Shown here piece after piece: positions 56,958 through 64,000 of a DNA stretch of 64,000 bases (within the stretch, counting starts at the first letter, position 1; each line of letters opens with the position of its first letter). Made by a program: the position numbers and the translations under genes. The notes under the pieces are model-generated. The model was given only the letters and a program-made list of their open reading frames with translations, searched no databases and was not told the DNA's origin. The stretch spans positions 1,094,054-1,158,053 of the forward strand of contig JBCLQU010000001.1 of assembly GCA_041223705.1 (NCBI GenBank). The letters are read 5' to 3'. Origin of the DNA: Christensenellaceae bacterium 44-20 (GTDB lineage Bacteria; Bacillota; Clostridia; Christensenellales; Christensenellaceae).

Positions 56958-57470
56958 ATGGTTTTAATGGTTGATACAACAACAAAACATATAGGAAAAG
57001 CAATTGCAGAGGAATTGCTTCGCAGTGGTGAAAATTCCGCCGGGTTTGAGTTGATTGACACCGCTGGGATGCACATTTCACACTGTGTTGGGTGTAATTA
57101 CTGCTGGCTGAAAACGCCGGGAGTATGTGCCATTCAGGACGATTATGAGCCGATTTTGAGAAAAATAAGCAAAGCCGACCAGGTTTGGCTGGTTTCGGAT
57201 ACTCATTTTGGATTTGTCTCCTGGCGAACCAAAAATATTGTAGACAGAATCATGCCTCTTGTCACCATGTATTTGAAATTTAAAGACGGGCAGATGCGCC
57301 ATGTAATGCGCTATGACCACCAGCCGGATCTTGGGATTATCTATACCGGAAACGGCGATCAGGCTTACCTTGAACGGTGGTGTCAGCGTACTGCGCTGAA
57401 TATAGGGAGCCGTTCCTTGGGAGTCTTTTCTGAATGCAACAGAAAGGAGGCGATTTCATGCATGTTGTAA
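56958..57470 (+). CDS. flavodoxin-like fold NAD(P)H-dependent oxidoreductase (FMN reductase-like)
   Basis: About 170 aa with a CVGCNYCW motif typical of flavodoxin-like 'NAD(P)H dehydrogenase (quinone)' family members. ATG after GGAGG. Confidence 0.65.
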   Translation: MVLMVDTTTKHIGKAIAEELLRSGENSAGFELIDTAGMHISHCVGCNYCWLKTPGVCAIQDDYEPILRKISKADQVWLVSDTHFGFVSWRTKNIVDRIMPLVTMYLKFKDGQMRHVMRYDHQPDLGIIYTGNGDQAYLERWCQRTALNIGSRSLGVFSECNRKEAISCML

Positions 57471-58129
57471 TAATCAATGCAAGTCCACGGGTACAGAAAT
57501 ACAGCAACACGGAGAAAATCATTGCCGCCTTTGCAAAAGGGCTGTCAGAAAAAGAAAGCACCTTCGAAACATATGCGATTTCCAACCGAAAAACATGGGA
57601 TATAATTCGTGATGCTTATCTAAAAAATGATGAAATCCTCATTGCGCTGCCATTATATGTAGAATGTGTGCCCGGACTTCTTTTGGAATTTTTGGAAACG
57701 CTTCCCAAAAAGGACGAGCATACAAGGCTCTCGTTTCTTTTGCAAAGCGGCTTCGCGGAGGGGTGCCAGCTTCGCTGCGGCGAGGCATTTCTGGAAAAAT
57801 TGCCGGAATATTTGGGTGTTCGTTATGGCGGCTGTCTGGTGAAAGGAAATAATTTCGGAATCCGAATTATAGGTGAAGCTCAACAGGCTCAGGCCACAAA
57901 ACCGTATCAGGCGATGGGCAAACTGTTTGCAGAGGGAGACGGCTTCTTCCGTAAGGAAGCAAAAAAATTTACTGGCCCGGAATATTTGCCGCTTCCTGTG
58001 CGCCTGCTGATGGGTTTGATATTCAAAACCCTTATGAAAAAGATGTTTCAGAAGGCGGCGGCATCGTGGGGGTGTAGTGTGCCACTTGATGAAAAAGTCT
58101 GGGAAACAGACCGGGAAAATAGGCTCTAA
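57458..58129 (+). CDS. flavodoxin-like fold NAD(P)H-dependent oxidoreductase (second paralog)
   Basis: MHVVIINASPR N-terminus after AAAGGAGG. It overlaps the previous gene by 13 nt. Confidence 0.65.
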   Translation: MHVVIINASPRVQKYSNTEKIIAAFAKGLSEKESTFETYAISNRKTWDIIRDAYLKNDEILIALPLYVECVPGLLLEFLETLPKKDEHTRLSFLLQSGFAEGCQLRCGEAFLEKLPEYLGVRYGGCLVKGNNFGIRIIGEAQQAQATKPYQAMGKLFAEGDGFFRKEAKKFTGPEYLPLPVRLLMGLIFKTLMKKMFQKAAASWGCSVPLDEKVWETDRENRL

Positions 58130-58187
58130 GAGAAAAATTTATATTTATCGCTCTCGCCTGCGGGCAGTCATAGCGGATTACACAACA

Positions 58188-58240
58188 TAAAAAGTGCAAG
58201 ACAGACCATTACAGTCTGTCCTGCACTTTTTCCTCTTTGC
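58188..58240. terminator. bidirectional terminator between flavodoxin pair and rpsR
   Basis: Long imperfect hairpin AGTGCAAGACAGAC...GTCTGTCCTGCACT flanked by A/T runs. Confidence 0.55.
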
Positions 58241-58261
58241 ACCAGCTCTTTTAGCGTGCAA

Positions 58262-58507
58262 CTAGTCCGTTACATAGGGCAGCAGGGCCATAACCCGCGC
58301 ACGCTTGATCGCTGTTGCCAGCTCTCTCTGATGCTTCGCGCAAACGCCCGTCGCTCTTCTGGGGGCGATTTTGCCCGTCTCCCCGACGAACTTCTTGAGT
58401 TTTGCAGTATCTTTATAGTCGATGCTCGTCGCTTTTTCAGCGCAGAATGCACAGACTTTCTTCCGGGGGCGTCTGCCCCGCGGTCTTCTTTGTGCTCTTT
58501 CTTCCAC
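58262..58507 (-). CDS. rpsR: 30S ribosomal protein S18
   Basis: 81-aa typical bS18 ([16 protein letters not shown]...ARVMALLPY). Confidence 0.95.
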   Translation of the reverse strand: MEERAQRRPRGRRPRKKVCAFCAEKATSIDYKDTAKLKKFVGETGKIAPRRATGVCAKHQRELATAIKRARVMALLPYVTD

Positions 58508-58532
58508 TTCTGTGTTCCTCCTTCTTGGAATA

Positions 58533-58985
58533 TTAGAACGGAAGCTCCTCGTCGTCTACCAGGACGTCGCTCATCTCGGATGCGAACAGGTCGTCATCCT
58601 TGGGCGCTGCTGCGGGCGCGCTGCCATAGCCGGCGCGATTGCCGCCGCCATAGCTGCCCGAAGCGCCGGAGCCTGCCGCTCCTGGCTTTGCGAGAAACTC
58701 GATGTCGTCTGCCTGGATTTCCGTCACATAGCGCTTTGTGCCGTCTTTGGCATCATAAGAGCGCGTGCGCAGCTCGCCGACCACCGCGATCTGCTGGCCC
58801 TTGACCAGGTATTTCGCGCAGTTATCCGCAAGCCCTCTCCATGCGATGACGTTGAAAAAATCCGCCTCTTCCCGGTTCATGCGGCGCGTTACCGCGACGC
58901 CCAGGGTCGTTACCGAGACGCCGTTTGGCGTCGTTCTGTGCTCGGGATCTCTCGTGAGCCGGCCAACGATAAATACTTTATTCAT
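58533..58985 (-). CDS. ssb: single-stranded DNA-binding protein
   Basis: OB-fold N-terminus ([15 protein letters not shown]), Gly-rich linker, acidic tail DDEELPF. Confidence 0.95.
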   Translation of the reverse strand: MNKVFIVGRLTRDPEHRTTPNGVSVTTLGVAVTRRMNREEADFFNVIAWRGLADNCAKYLVKGQQIAVVGELRTRSYDAKDGTKRYVTEIQADDIEFLAKPGAAGSGASGSYGGGNRAGYGSAPAAAPKDDDLFASEMSDVLVDDEELPF

Positions 58986-58989
58986 TGCC

Positions 58990-59280
58990 TTACTCCTGCT
59001 CTTTCTTTACGACCATGAAGCGCATCACATCTTCCGAGATCTTCAGGTTTCTCTCCAGCTCAACGGGCAGATCCGCCTTGGCTTTGAAGTTCATCAGAAC
59101 GTAGTAGCCCTCGGAAATATAGTCGATCGCATAGGCCAGTTTTCTCATGCCCCATTCGTCGATATTCTCGACTTCGCCGTTATCGTTTTTGACGATATCC
59201 GCAAATCTGGCAATGAGCGCCGCTCTCGCTTCTTCTTCCACCGTTGGTTTAATGATGTAGAGTAGTTCGTAGCTGTTCAT
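58990..59280 (-). CDS. rpsF: 30S ribosomal protein S6
   Basis: MNSYELLYIIKP N-terminus. The ATG at 59280 follows GGGAGGTG. The ORF track's 35-codon upstream extension has no support. Confidence 0.95.
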   Translation of the reverse strand: MNSYELLYIIKPTVEEEARAALIARFADIVKNDNGEVENIDEWGMRKLAYAIDYISEGYYVLMNFKAKADLPVELERNLKISEDVMRFMVVKKEQE

Positions 59281-59356
59281 TTTTTCACCTCCCTTTGGAC
59301 AATTGGCGCCGGTCTCCCCCGGCGCAAGGATGCTGCTCATACTTATGAGCCTATCT

Positions 59357-59385
59357 ATTATAGCATCTGAAAAACGCATTGGCAA
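59357..59385 (-). promoter_or_regulatory. consensus sigma-A promoter of rpsF-ssb-rpsR (-35 TTGCCA, 17 nt, -10 TATAAT)
   Basis: Exact consensus -10 and near-consensus -35 about 75 nt upstream of rpsF. A GC hairpin (GCGCCGGGGGAGACCGGCGC) lies in the leader. Confidence 0.65.
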
Positions 59386-59413
59386 GCACTTTTTCCCGCT
59401 CTGCCCGCTTTTC

Positions 59414-59442
59414 TTGACTTCCCCAGCCCAAAAACCTATAAT
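59414..59442 (+). promoter_or_regulatory. consensus sigma-A promoter of apbC/mrp (-35 TTGACT, 17 nt, -10 TATAAT)
   Basis: Divergent from the rpsF promoter, 58 nt upstream of the ATG. Confidence 0.6.
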
Positions 59443-59500
59443 ACCATTATATACTGGATTTTTTGGGCATACTAGATAGAAAAACAGGAGGAATTACAGC

Positions 59501-60319
59501 ATGAGCGAATGCACGCACGATTGCAGCTCCTGCCAGGCGGAATGCTCCAGCAGAACCCAGAGTTTTCTGGAAAAGCCGCATGAGCAGAGCAGCATTAAAA
59601 AGATAATCGGCGTCATCAGCGGCAAGGGCGGCGTGGGCAAAAGCTCCATCACCGCGATGCTGGCCGTCTGCATGGCGCGCAAGGGCTTCCACACAGCCAT
59701 TTTGGACGCGGATATTACCGGGCCTTCCATCCCAAAGATGTTTGGCGTGAAGGAAAAGGCTACCGGGACGGACTCCGCGCTCTTCCCCGTGGCCAGCCGC
59801 GGCGGCATCGATATGATGTCTGTCAACCTGCTGCTGGAAAACGACACGGATCCCGTCATCTGGAGGGGGCCGGTCATCGCCGGGGTCATCAAGCAGTTCT
59901 GGCAGGATGTCATCTGGAAAGACGTGGACTATATGTTCGTGGATATGCCTCCGGGCACGGGGGACGTTCCGCTGACGGTGTTCCAATCCATCCCGCTGGA
60001 CGGCGTGATCATCGTGGCCTCGCCCCAGGAGCTGGTTTCCATGATCGTGGGCAAAGCCGTGAAGATGGCGCAGATGATGAACATCCCCATCCTGGGCCTG
60101 GTGGAAAACATGAGCTACCTGCTCTGCCCGGACTGCGGCAAGCAGATCCCGCTCTTCGGCAAGGGCAGCACAGAGCAGTATGCGCAAAAGCAGGGGCTGA
60201 CTCTGCTGGCGAAAATGCCGGTGGACCCGGAAATTGCACAGCTTTGCGACAGCGGCGAAATCGAAAGCTTCCAGGGCGATTACCTGGATGCGGCCATCGC
60301 CGCGATTCTGGCGCGCTAG
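59501..60319 (+). CDS. apbC: Mrp/NBP35-family iron-sulfur cluster carrier ATPase
   Basis: ISGKGGVGKSS P-loop, CPDCG motif and an N-terminal Cys-rich segment. RBS AGGAGG. Confidence 0.9.
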   Translation: MSECTHDCSSCQAECSSRTQSFLEKPHEQSSIKKIIGVISGKGGVGKSSITAMLAVCMARKGFHTAILDADITGPSIPKMFGVKEKATGTDSALFPVASRGGIDMMSVNLLLENDTDPVIWRGPVIAGVIKQFWQDVIWKDVDYMFVDMPPGTGDVPLTVFQSIPLDGVIIVASPQELVSMIVGKAVKMAQMMNIPILGLVENMSYLLCPDCGKQIPLFGKGSTEQYAQKQGLTLLAKMPVDPEIAQLCDSGEIESFQGDYLDAAIAAILAR

Positions 60320-60329
60320 AGGCAGGCAT

Positions 60330-60989
60330 ATGAGGCGGTTACTTGCTGTTTTCTGCGCGGCGCTCCTGCTCTGCGCCGGCTGCGCCAGCCAATCCAAACC
60401 GGCGGCGCTGAGCCCGGAGGAGTTCATGGCTTATCCCGCAGGCGGCGAGCCCCTTTCTCCGGCGGATGCCCAGGGCGAGATTACCATCAACAAAAGCGGC
60501 GTCTCCCTGGGCTTTCAGAGCGCGCCCAGCGACGCTTATGCCAGCGCGGATTTTTCCAGCAAGCGCGGCATCAGGCTGGGCAGCACGCTGGAGGAGCTGG
60601 CCGAGGTTTATCCGGATCTGCGCTTCCATGTCATCTATGGACAGAGCGAAGATTTCGAGGTAAAAGCGGATGTTTCCCCCAAAACCGTCGCTCGCCAGGC
60701 AAAGGGCGGGAAGGATATCATGTTTCTCATGTATACCCAGCGCAGCATCGACGGCAGTATCCTCTCGGACAAAGAGTTCGACGCTTACTGCGAAAAGAAC
60801 GGCATTGACGGCGCCGCGCTTTCTTCGGATCCCGGGGCATACGGCTACGAATGCTGGGGCATGATTTTCGGCATCGACGGCGAAGCGGTGGATTCGCTCT
60901 CTTTCACGGCGGTCTCGCCCAAAAAAGAGGCTTCGCAGGAGCCCGGCCCGGCGGCAGAAGAAGGGGCCGAACAGCTTTTTGCACAATAA
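60330..60989 (+). CDS. hypothetical lipoprotein
   Basis: From the ATG at 60330 the protein starts MRRLLAVFCAALLLCAGCAS, which has the lipobox L-C-A-G-C. 219 aa. The ORF track adds 32 unsupported codons. Confidence 0.6.
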   Translation: MRRLLAVFCAALLLCAGCASQSKPAALSPEEFMAYPAGGEPLSPADAQGEITINKSGVSLGFQSAPSDAYASADFSSKRGIRLGSTLEELAEVYPDLRFHVIYGQSEDFEVKADVSPKTVARQAKGGKDIMFLMYTQRSIDGSILSDKEFDAYCEKNGIDGAALSSDPGAYGYECWGMIFGIDGEAVDSLSFTAVSPKKEASQEPGPAAEEGAEQLFAQ

Positions 60990-61232
60990 TTAAGAAAAGA
61001 GCGTTTCCCCGAGAAATGCTCGGCAGGCAAATGGATACCCGCCGGGAAACCGGCGGGTATTGCGCTATAGCGGGCTGAAAAGCAAACAGGAAATCGCGAG
61101 GAGACAGTTATAGAATATCATAGAACAATCACATTAAAAAACGGCGCGGAATGCTGCCTAAGAAACGGAACGGAAGGAGATGGCCAGGCCGTCTTAGACA
61201 ATTTTAACCTGACGCATTCCCAAACCGATTAC

Positions 61233-61658
61233 TTGCTTTCCTATCCAGGCGAGGGAAGCTCTGACGCGGCGCAGCAATGCCAGTCTCTCAAGGAAAAAGC
61301 CGAAAGCGATCATGAGGCTGAGCTTGTTGCAGTCGTGGGCAATGCAATTGTCGGAACCGCCGGAATCAGGGCAGTCGGCGCCAAATACAAAGTGCGGCAC
61401 CGCGCCGAATTTGGCATTAGCATCGCCAAAGAGTTTTGGGGGCTTGGTATTGGGCAGGCGCTCATGGCGGCATGTATTGAATGCGCGAGAAAGGCGGGAT
61501 ATATCCAGCTTGAGCTTCATGTGGTCGCCGAAAATACAAGAGCGCTATCCATGTATGAGAAAGCGGGTTTTATCGAGTATGGCAGAAACCCCAAGGAGTT
61601 CTATTCCCGCCTGGCGGGGTTTCAGGAGGTCGTTCATATGAGGCTGGAATTGCAGTGA
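61233..61658 (+). CDS. GNAT family N-acetyltransferase, apparently N-terminally truncated or disrupted
   Basis: Motif A region FWGLGIGQALMAA is present, but only about 30 residues precede the first core strand. The upstream in-frame sequence looks GNAT-like but hits a TAA at 61152. The only nearby RBS-backed ATG (61177) is out of frame. Confidence 0.5.
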   Translation: MLSYPGEGSSDAAQQCQSLKEKAESDHEAELVAVVGNAIVGTAGIRAVGAKYKVRHRAEFGISIAKEFWGLGIGQALMAACIECARKAGYIQLELHVVAENTRALSMYEKAGFIEYGRNPKEFYSRLAGFQEVVHMRLELQ

Positions 61659-61747
61659 TCACGCCAGTTTCTTCCTCATCGGCATTTTTTGTCATATGAA
61701 AAGAGCAAGGCAAACCAAGCGGCTGCCCTGCTCTTTTTTCTGCTCTG

Positions 61748-62122
61748 CTATTTTTCCTGCATGCTCAGGTAGTAGGCGCGGATTTTCTCAAAGCTCTCGG
61801 CGCTGATCACATGCTCGACCCGGCAGGCATCTTCGGACGCGGCCTGCTCGCCGACGCCCAGAGCCACGAGGCAGCGCGTCAGAATCTGATGCCGCTCATA
61901 AACCTTTTTTGCGATTTCCATGCCCGGCGGCAAAAGCGTGATATGCCCGGCGGAATCCACCTCGATATACCCGTTTTCCCGCAGCTGCTTCATGGCCACG
62001 CTGACGCTGGCTTTGCTGAAATCCAGCTCGGCGGCGATCTCCACGGCGCGCACGCTTCCGTTGCGCTGCTGCAATATTAAGATGGTCTCCAGATAATTTT
62101 CGGCAGACTCCTGTATCTTCAT
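61748..62122 (-). CDS. DtxR/MntR-family metal-dependent transcriptional repressor (N-terminal HTH plus dimerisation domains only)
   Basis: The ATG at 62122 (MKIQESAENYLETILIL...SKASVSVAMKQLRENGYI) has an AAAGGAGAAAACC RBS. It is divergent from the feoAAB operon. Confidence 0.8.
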   Translation of the reverse strand: MKIQESAENYLETILILQQRNGSVRAVEIAAELDFSKASVSVAMKQLRENGYIEVDSAGHITLLPPGMEIAKKVYERHQILTRCLVALGVGEQAASEDACRVEHVISAESFEKIRAYYLSMQEK

Positions 62123-62152
62123 GGTTTTCTCCTTTGCGGCTGTTATAGCCAT

Positions 62153-62168
62153 GTTAGCATGTGCTAAC
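62153..62168. promoter_or_regulatory. inverted repeat GTTAGCA-TG-TGCTAAC (candidate DtxR-family operator 1)
   Basis: 7+7 perfect arms, 30 nt upstream of the regulator start and about 30 nt upstream of the feoA -35. Confidence 0.5.
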
Positions 62169-62197
62169 CTTTTTTTCAAGTGATCGCAGTTTTTTTG

Positions 62198-62226
62198 TTG
62201 ACAGCTTTTGTTCGCTATGGTAAACT
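62198..62226 (+). promoter_or_regulatory. feoA promoter (-35 TTGACA, 17 nt, -10 TAAACT)
   Basis: Consensus -35 and acceptable -10. Operator 2 lies just downstream. Confidence 0.5.
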
Positions 62227-62240
62227 TCACCTTGCAAGGA

Positions 62241-62258
62241 AGTTAGCGGAAGCTAACT
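62241..62258. promoter_or_regulatory. inverted repeat AGTTAGC-GGAA-GCTAACT (candidate DtxR-family operator 2)
   Basis: 7+7 perfect arms sharing the GTTAGC/GCTAAC half-sites with operator 1. It sits at the transcription start region of feoA. Confidence 0.5.
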
Positions 62259-62312
62259 ATTTTTCAGCAATACAGTTAGTCTAAACTTACTGGCCCAAAA
62301 GGAGGAATCGTC

Positions 62313-62531
62313 ATGCCCTTATCGATGGCAGCAGTTGGAGAAAAAGCCCGGATCGAGGAGATTACCGGCAAGGATGAGACGCGCCTTCATTTGAAGAATT
62401 TGGGGTTTGTCCCCGGGGCGCCGGTAACCGTCGTCTCCCAGCTTGGCGGAAACCTGATTCTCTCGCTGATGAACACGCGCATCGCGCTGAACCGGAGCAT
62501 GGCCAGCCGAATACTGATATCAATTATTTAG
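62313..62531 (+). CDS. feoA: FeoA family protein
   Basis: 72-aa SH3-like FeoA (ARIEEITGKDETRLHLKNLGFVPGAPVTVV). RBS AAAGGAGG. Confidence 0.85.
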   Translation: MPLSMAAVGEKARIEEITGKDETRLHLKNLGFVPGAPVTVVSQLGGNLILSLMNTRIALNRSMASRILISII

Positions 62532-62544
62532 GAGGAACATAGAG

Positions 62545-62766
62545 ATGAAAACGCTAAAAGATGTAAAGTGCGGCCAGAGGGCAGTCGTCTCCCGCCTGCG
62601 TGGCAGCGGCGCCGTCAAGCGGCGCATCATGGACATGGGCATCACCCGGGGCACGGAGATTTTCGTGCGCAAAGTCGCCCCGTTGGGAGACCCCATCGAG
62701 CTGAACGTGCGCGGATACGAGCTGAGCCTGCGCAAAGAGGACGCTTCGATGATCGAGGTCGGCTGA
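62545..62766 (+). CDS. feoA: FeoA family protein (second copy)
   Basis: 73 aa (RAVVSRLRGSGAVKRRIMDMGITRGTEIFVRKVAPLGDP). RBS TAGGAGG. Confidence 0.85.
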   Translation: MKTLKDVKCGQRAVVSRLRGSGAVKRRIMDMGITRGTEIFVRKVAPLGDPIELNVRGYELSLRKEDASMIEVG

Positions 62767-62780
62767 TTATTATGTATCTT

Positions 62781-62797
62781 AGTTAGTTTTGACTAAC
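62781..62797. promoter_or_regulatory. inverted repeat GTTAG-TTTTGA-CTAAC upstream of feoB (third GTTAG/CTAAC site)
   Basis: 5+5 arms matching the half-sites of the two operators upstream of feoA. Confidence 0.35.
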
Positions 62798-62819
62798 CAT
62801 TAAAAAAGGAGGAAAGAAG

Positions 62820-64000
62820 ATGGCTATCAAAATTGCCCTGGCCGGCAACCCGAACTCGGGCAAAACGACGCTTTTTAACGGCCTGACGGGCAGCAACCAA
62901 TACGTCGGCAACTGGCCGGGCGTTACAGTCGAGAAAAAAGAAGGCAGGCTCAAAGGGCGCAAGGATGTGATCATCCAGGATTTGCCCGGCATCTATTCGC
63001 TCTCTCCCTACACGCTGGAGGAAGTCGTCTCCCGCAATTACCTGGTGGAAGAAAAGCCGGATGTCATCTTAAATATCGTGGATGGGACCAACCTCGAGCG
63101 CAACCTGTATCTGACGACCCAGCTGGCCGAAGTGGGCGTGCCCATGGTCGTCGCGCTGAACATGGCGGATCTGCTCAAAAAGCGCGGAGACACAATCGAC
63201 CTCAAAAAGCTCGGCGATGCAATCGGCTGCCCGGTGGTGGAGATTTCCGCGCTCAAGGGGACGGGCATCCAGGAGGCGGCCGAGGCCGCCATAGCGGCGG
63301 CGCAATCCGGCAAAAAGCCGCGGCCGCTCACCTTCTGCCCGGAGGCGGAGCAGGCGCTCTCCCTCATCTCGGAAGCGATTCACGGCAGTGCAGAGCAAAA
63401 CCGCCTGCGCTGGTATGCCGTCAAGCTGTTTGAGCGGGACGGCAAGGCCATGGAGCGCATTTCCCTGAGCGGCGCGCAGAAAGCCAGCATCGAGCAGGCC
63501 ATCGCCGCCTGCGAGCAGAAGCTGGACGACGACAGCGAGAGCATCATCACGGATCAGCGCTATAGCCGCATCAGCAAGCTGCTCCCGGGCATTGCCAGCA
63601 GCAAGCGCAAAGGCGCGCTCAGCACCTCGGATAAAATCGACCGCGTCGTAACCAACCGCTGGCTGGGGCTGCCCATCTTCGCGCTGGTCATGTTCCTGGT
63701 CTACTATATCTCCATGGTGGGCATCGGCGCATCGCTGACGGGCTGGGTCAACGACAATCTGTTCGGCGACGGCTTCCATCTCTTTGGCAATGGCGCGGCA
63801 GAATACAGCGAGGCCGCAGAAGAATACGGCGACGCCGCACTCATCGTGGATGGCTATGAGGCATATATCGAAGAGAACGGCGCGGCCCCCTCCGGCGATT
63901 TCCTCTATGAAGTGGAAGATGAGGAGACGCTGGAAGTAACCGAGCAGACTGCGACGCTGGCAGACTATGAAGCGGCGGCCGCAGTTCTGGAGAAATACGG
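62820..64000 (+). CDS. feoB: ferrous iron transport protein B, 5' part (continues beyond window)
   Basis: Starts MAIKIALAGNPNSGKTTLFNGLTG (G-protein G1 motif) after AAGGAGG. G4 NMAD is present. No stop codon before the window end. An acidic insertion follows the first TM helix. Confidence 0.9.
   Translation, partial: MAIKIALAGNPNSGKTTLFNGLTGSNQYVGNWPGVTVEKKEGRLKGRKDVIIQDLPGIYSLSPYTLEEVVSRNYLVEEKPDVILNIVDGTNLERNLYLTTQLAEVGVPMVVALNMADLLKKRGDTIDLKKLGDAIGCPVVEISALKGTGIQEAAEAAIAAAQSGKKPRPLTFCPEAEQALSLISEAIHGSAEQNRLRWYAVKLFERDGKAMERISLSGAQKASIEQAIAACEQKLDDDSESIITDQRYSRISKLLPGIASSKRKGALSTSDKIDRVVTNRWLGLPIFALVMFLVYYISMVGIGASLTGWVNDNLFGDGFHLFGNGAAEYSEAAEEYGDAALIVDGYEAYIEENGAAPSGDFLYEVEDEETLEVTEQTATLADYEAAAAVLEKY

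Noticed and set aside
61177-61196. ATG with AAGGAG immediately upstream
   Set aside because: Zero-nt spacer between the RBS and ATG. The frame terminates after 5 codons.

Overview
High-GC (~60%) chromosomal segment from a spore-forming Clostridia-type Firmicute (likely Oscillospiraceae/Ruminococcaceae-like). The genes are overwhelmingly housekeeping and densely packed, mostly on the minus strand. Recognisable genes: glycolysis (gpmI 5' end, tpiA, pgk), trmL, murA, lepB, ackA, ridA, lplA, alaS, valS-folC, pgsA, ROK glucokinase, the rpsF-ssb-rpsR operon, apbC/mrp, and feoA-feoA-feoB with a DtxR-family regulator. Other CDS: several aminotransferases, two tandem alpha/beta-type SASP genes, an FMN-riboswitch-controlled ribU, a 1562-aa GH73 autolysin with about 10 tandem FN3-like repeats, an SPFH/Tim44-like pair, an ECF sigma/anti-sigma pair, two tandem mannitol-1-phosphate-dehydrogenase-family paralogs divergent from two flavodoxin-like genes, many GNATs, and numerous small cysteine-rich or DUF proteins. 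RNA features: tRNA-Val(GAC) and tRNA-Gln(CUG), an FMN riboswitch (ribU leader), and a valS T-box leader. No CRISPR array, transposase or integrase was seen. No single region is demonstrably a new system; the findings below are the places that most merit follow-up. These are: a C-Ala-less AlaS; several ORF-free GC-rich regions bounded by terminators (candidate sRNAs); an XRE/secreted-protein low-GC islet with a shared AAAGTGACACT motif; a perfect 17-bp palindrome operator in front of the flavodoxin pair; and three GTTAGC/GCTAAC inverted repeats around the feo locus. Many ORF-track start codons are over-extended; corrected starts are given where an RBS supports them.
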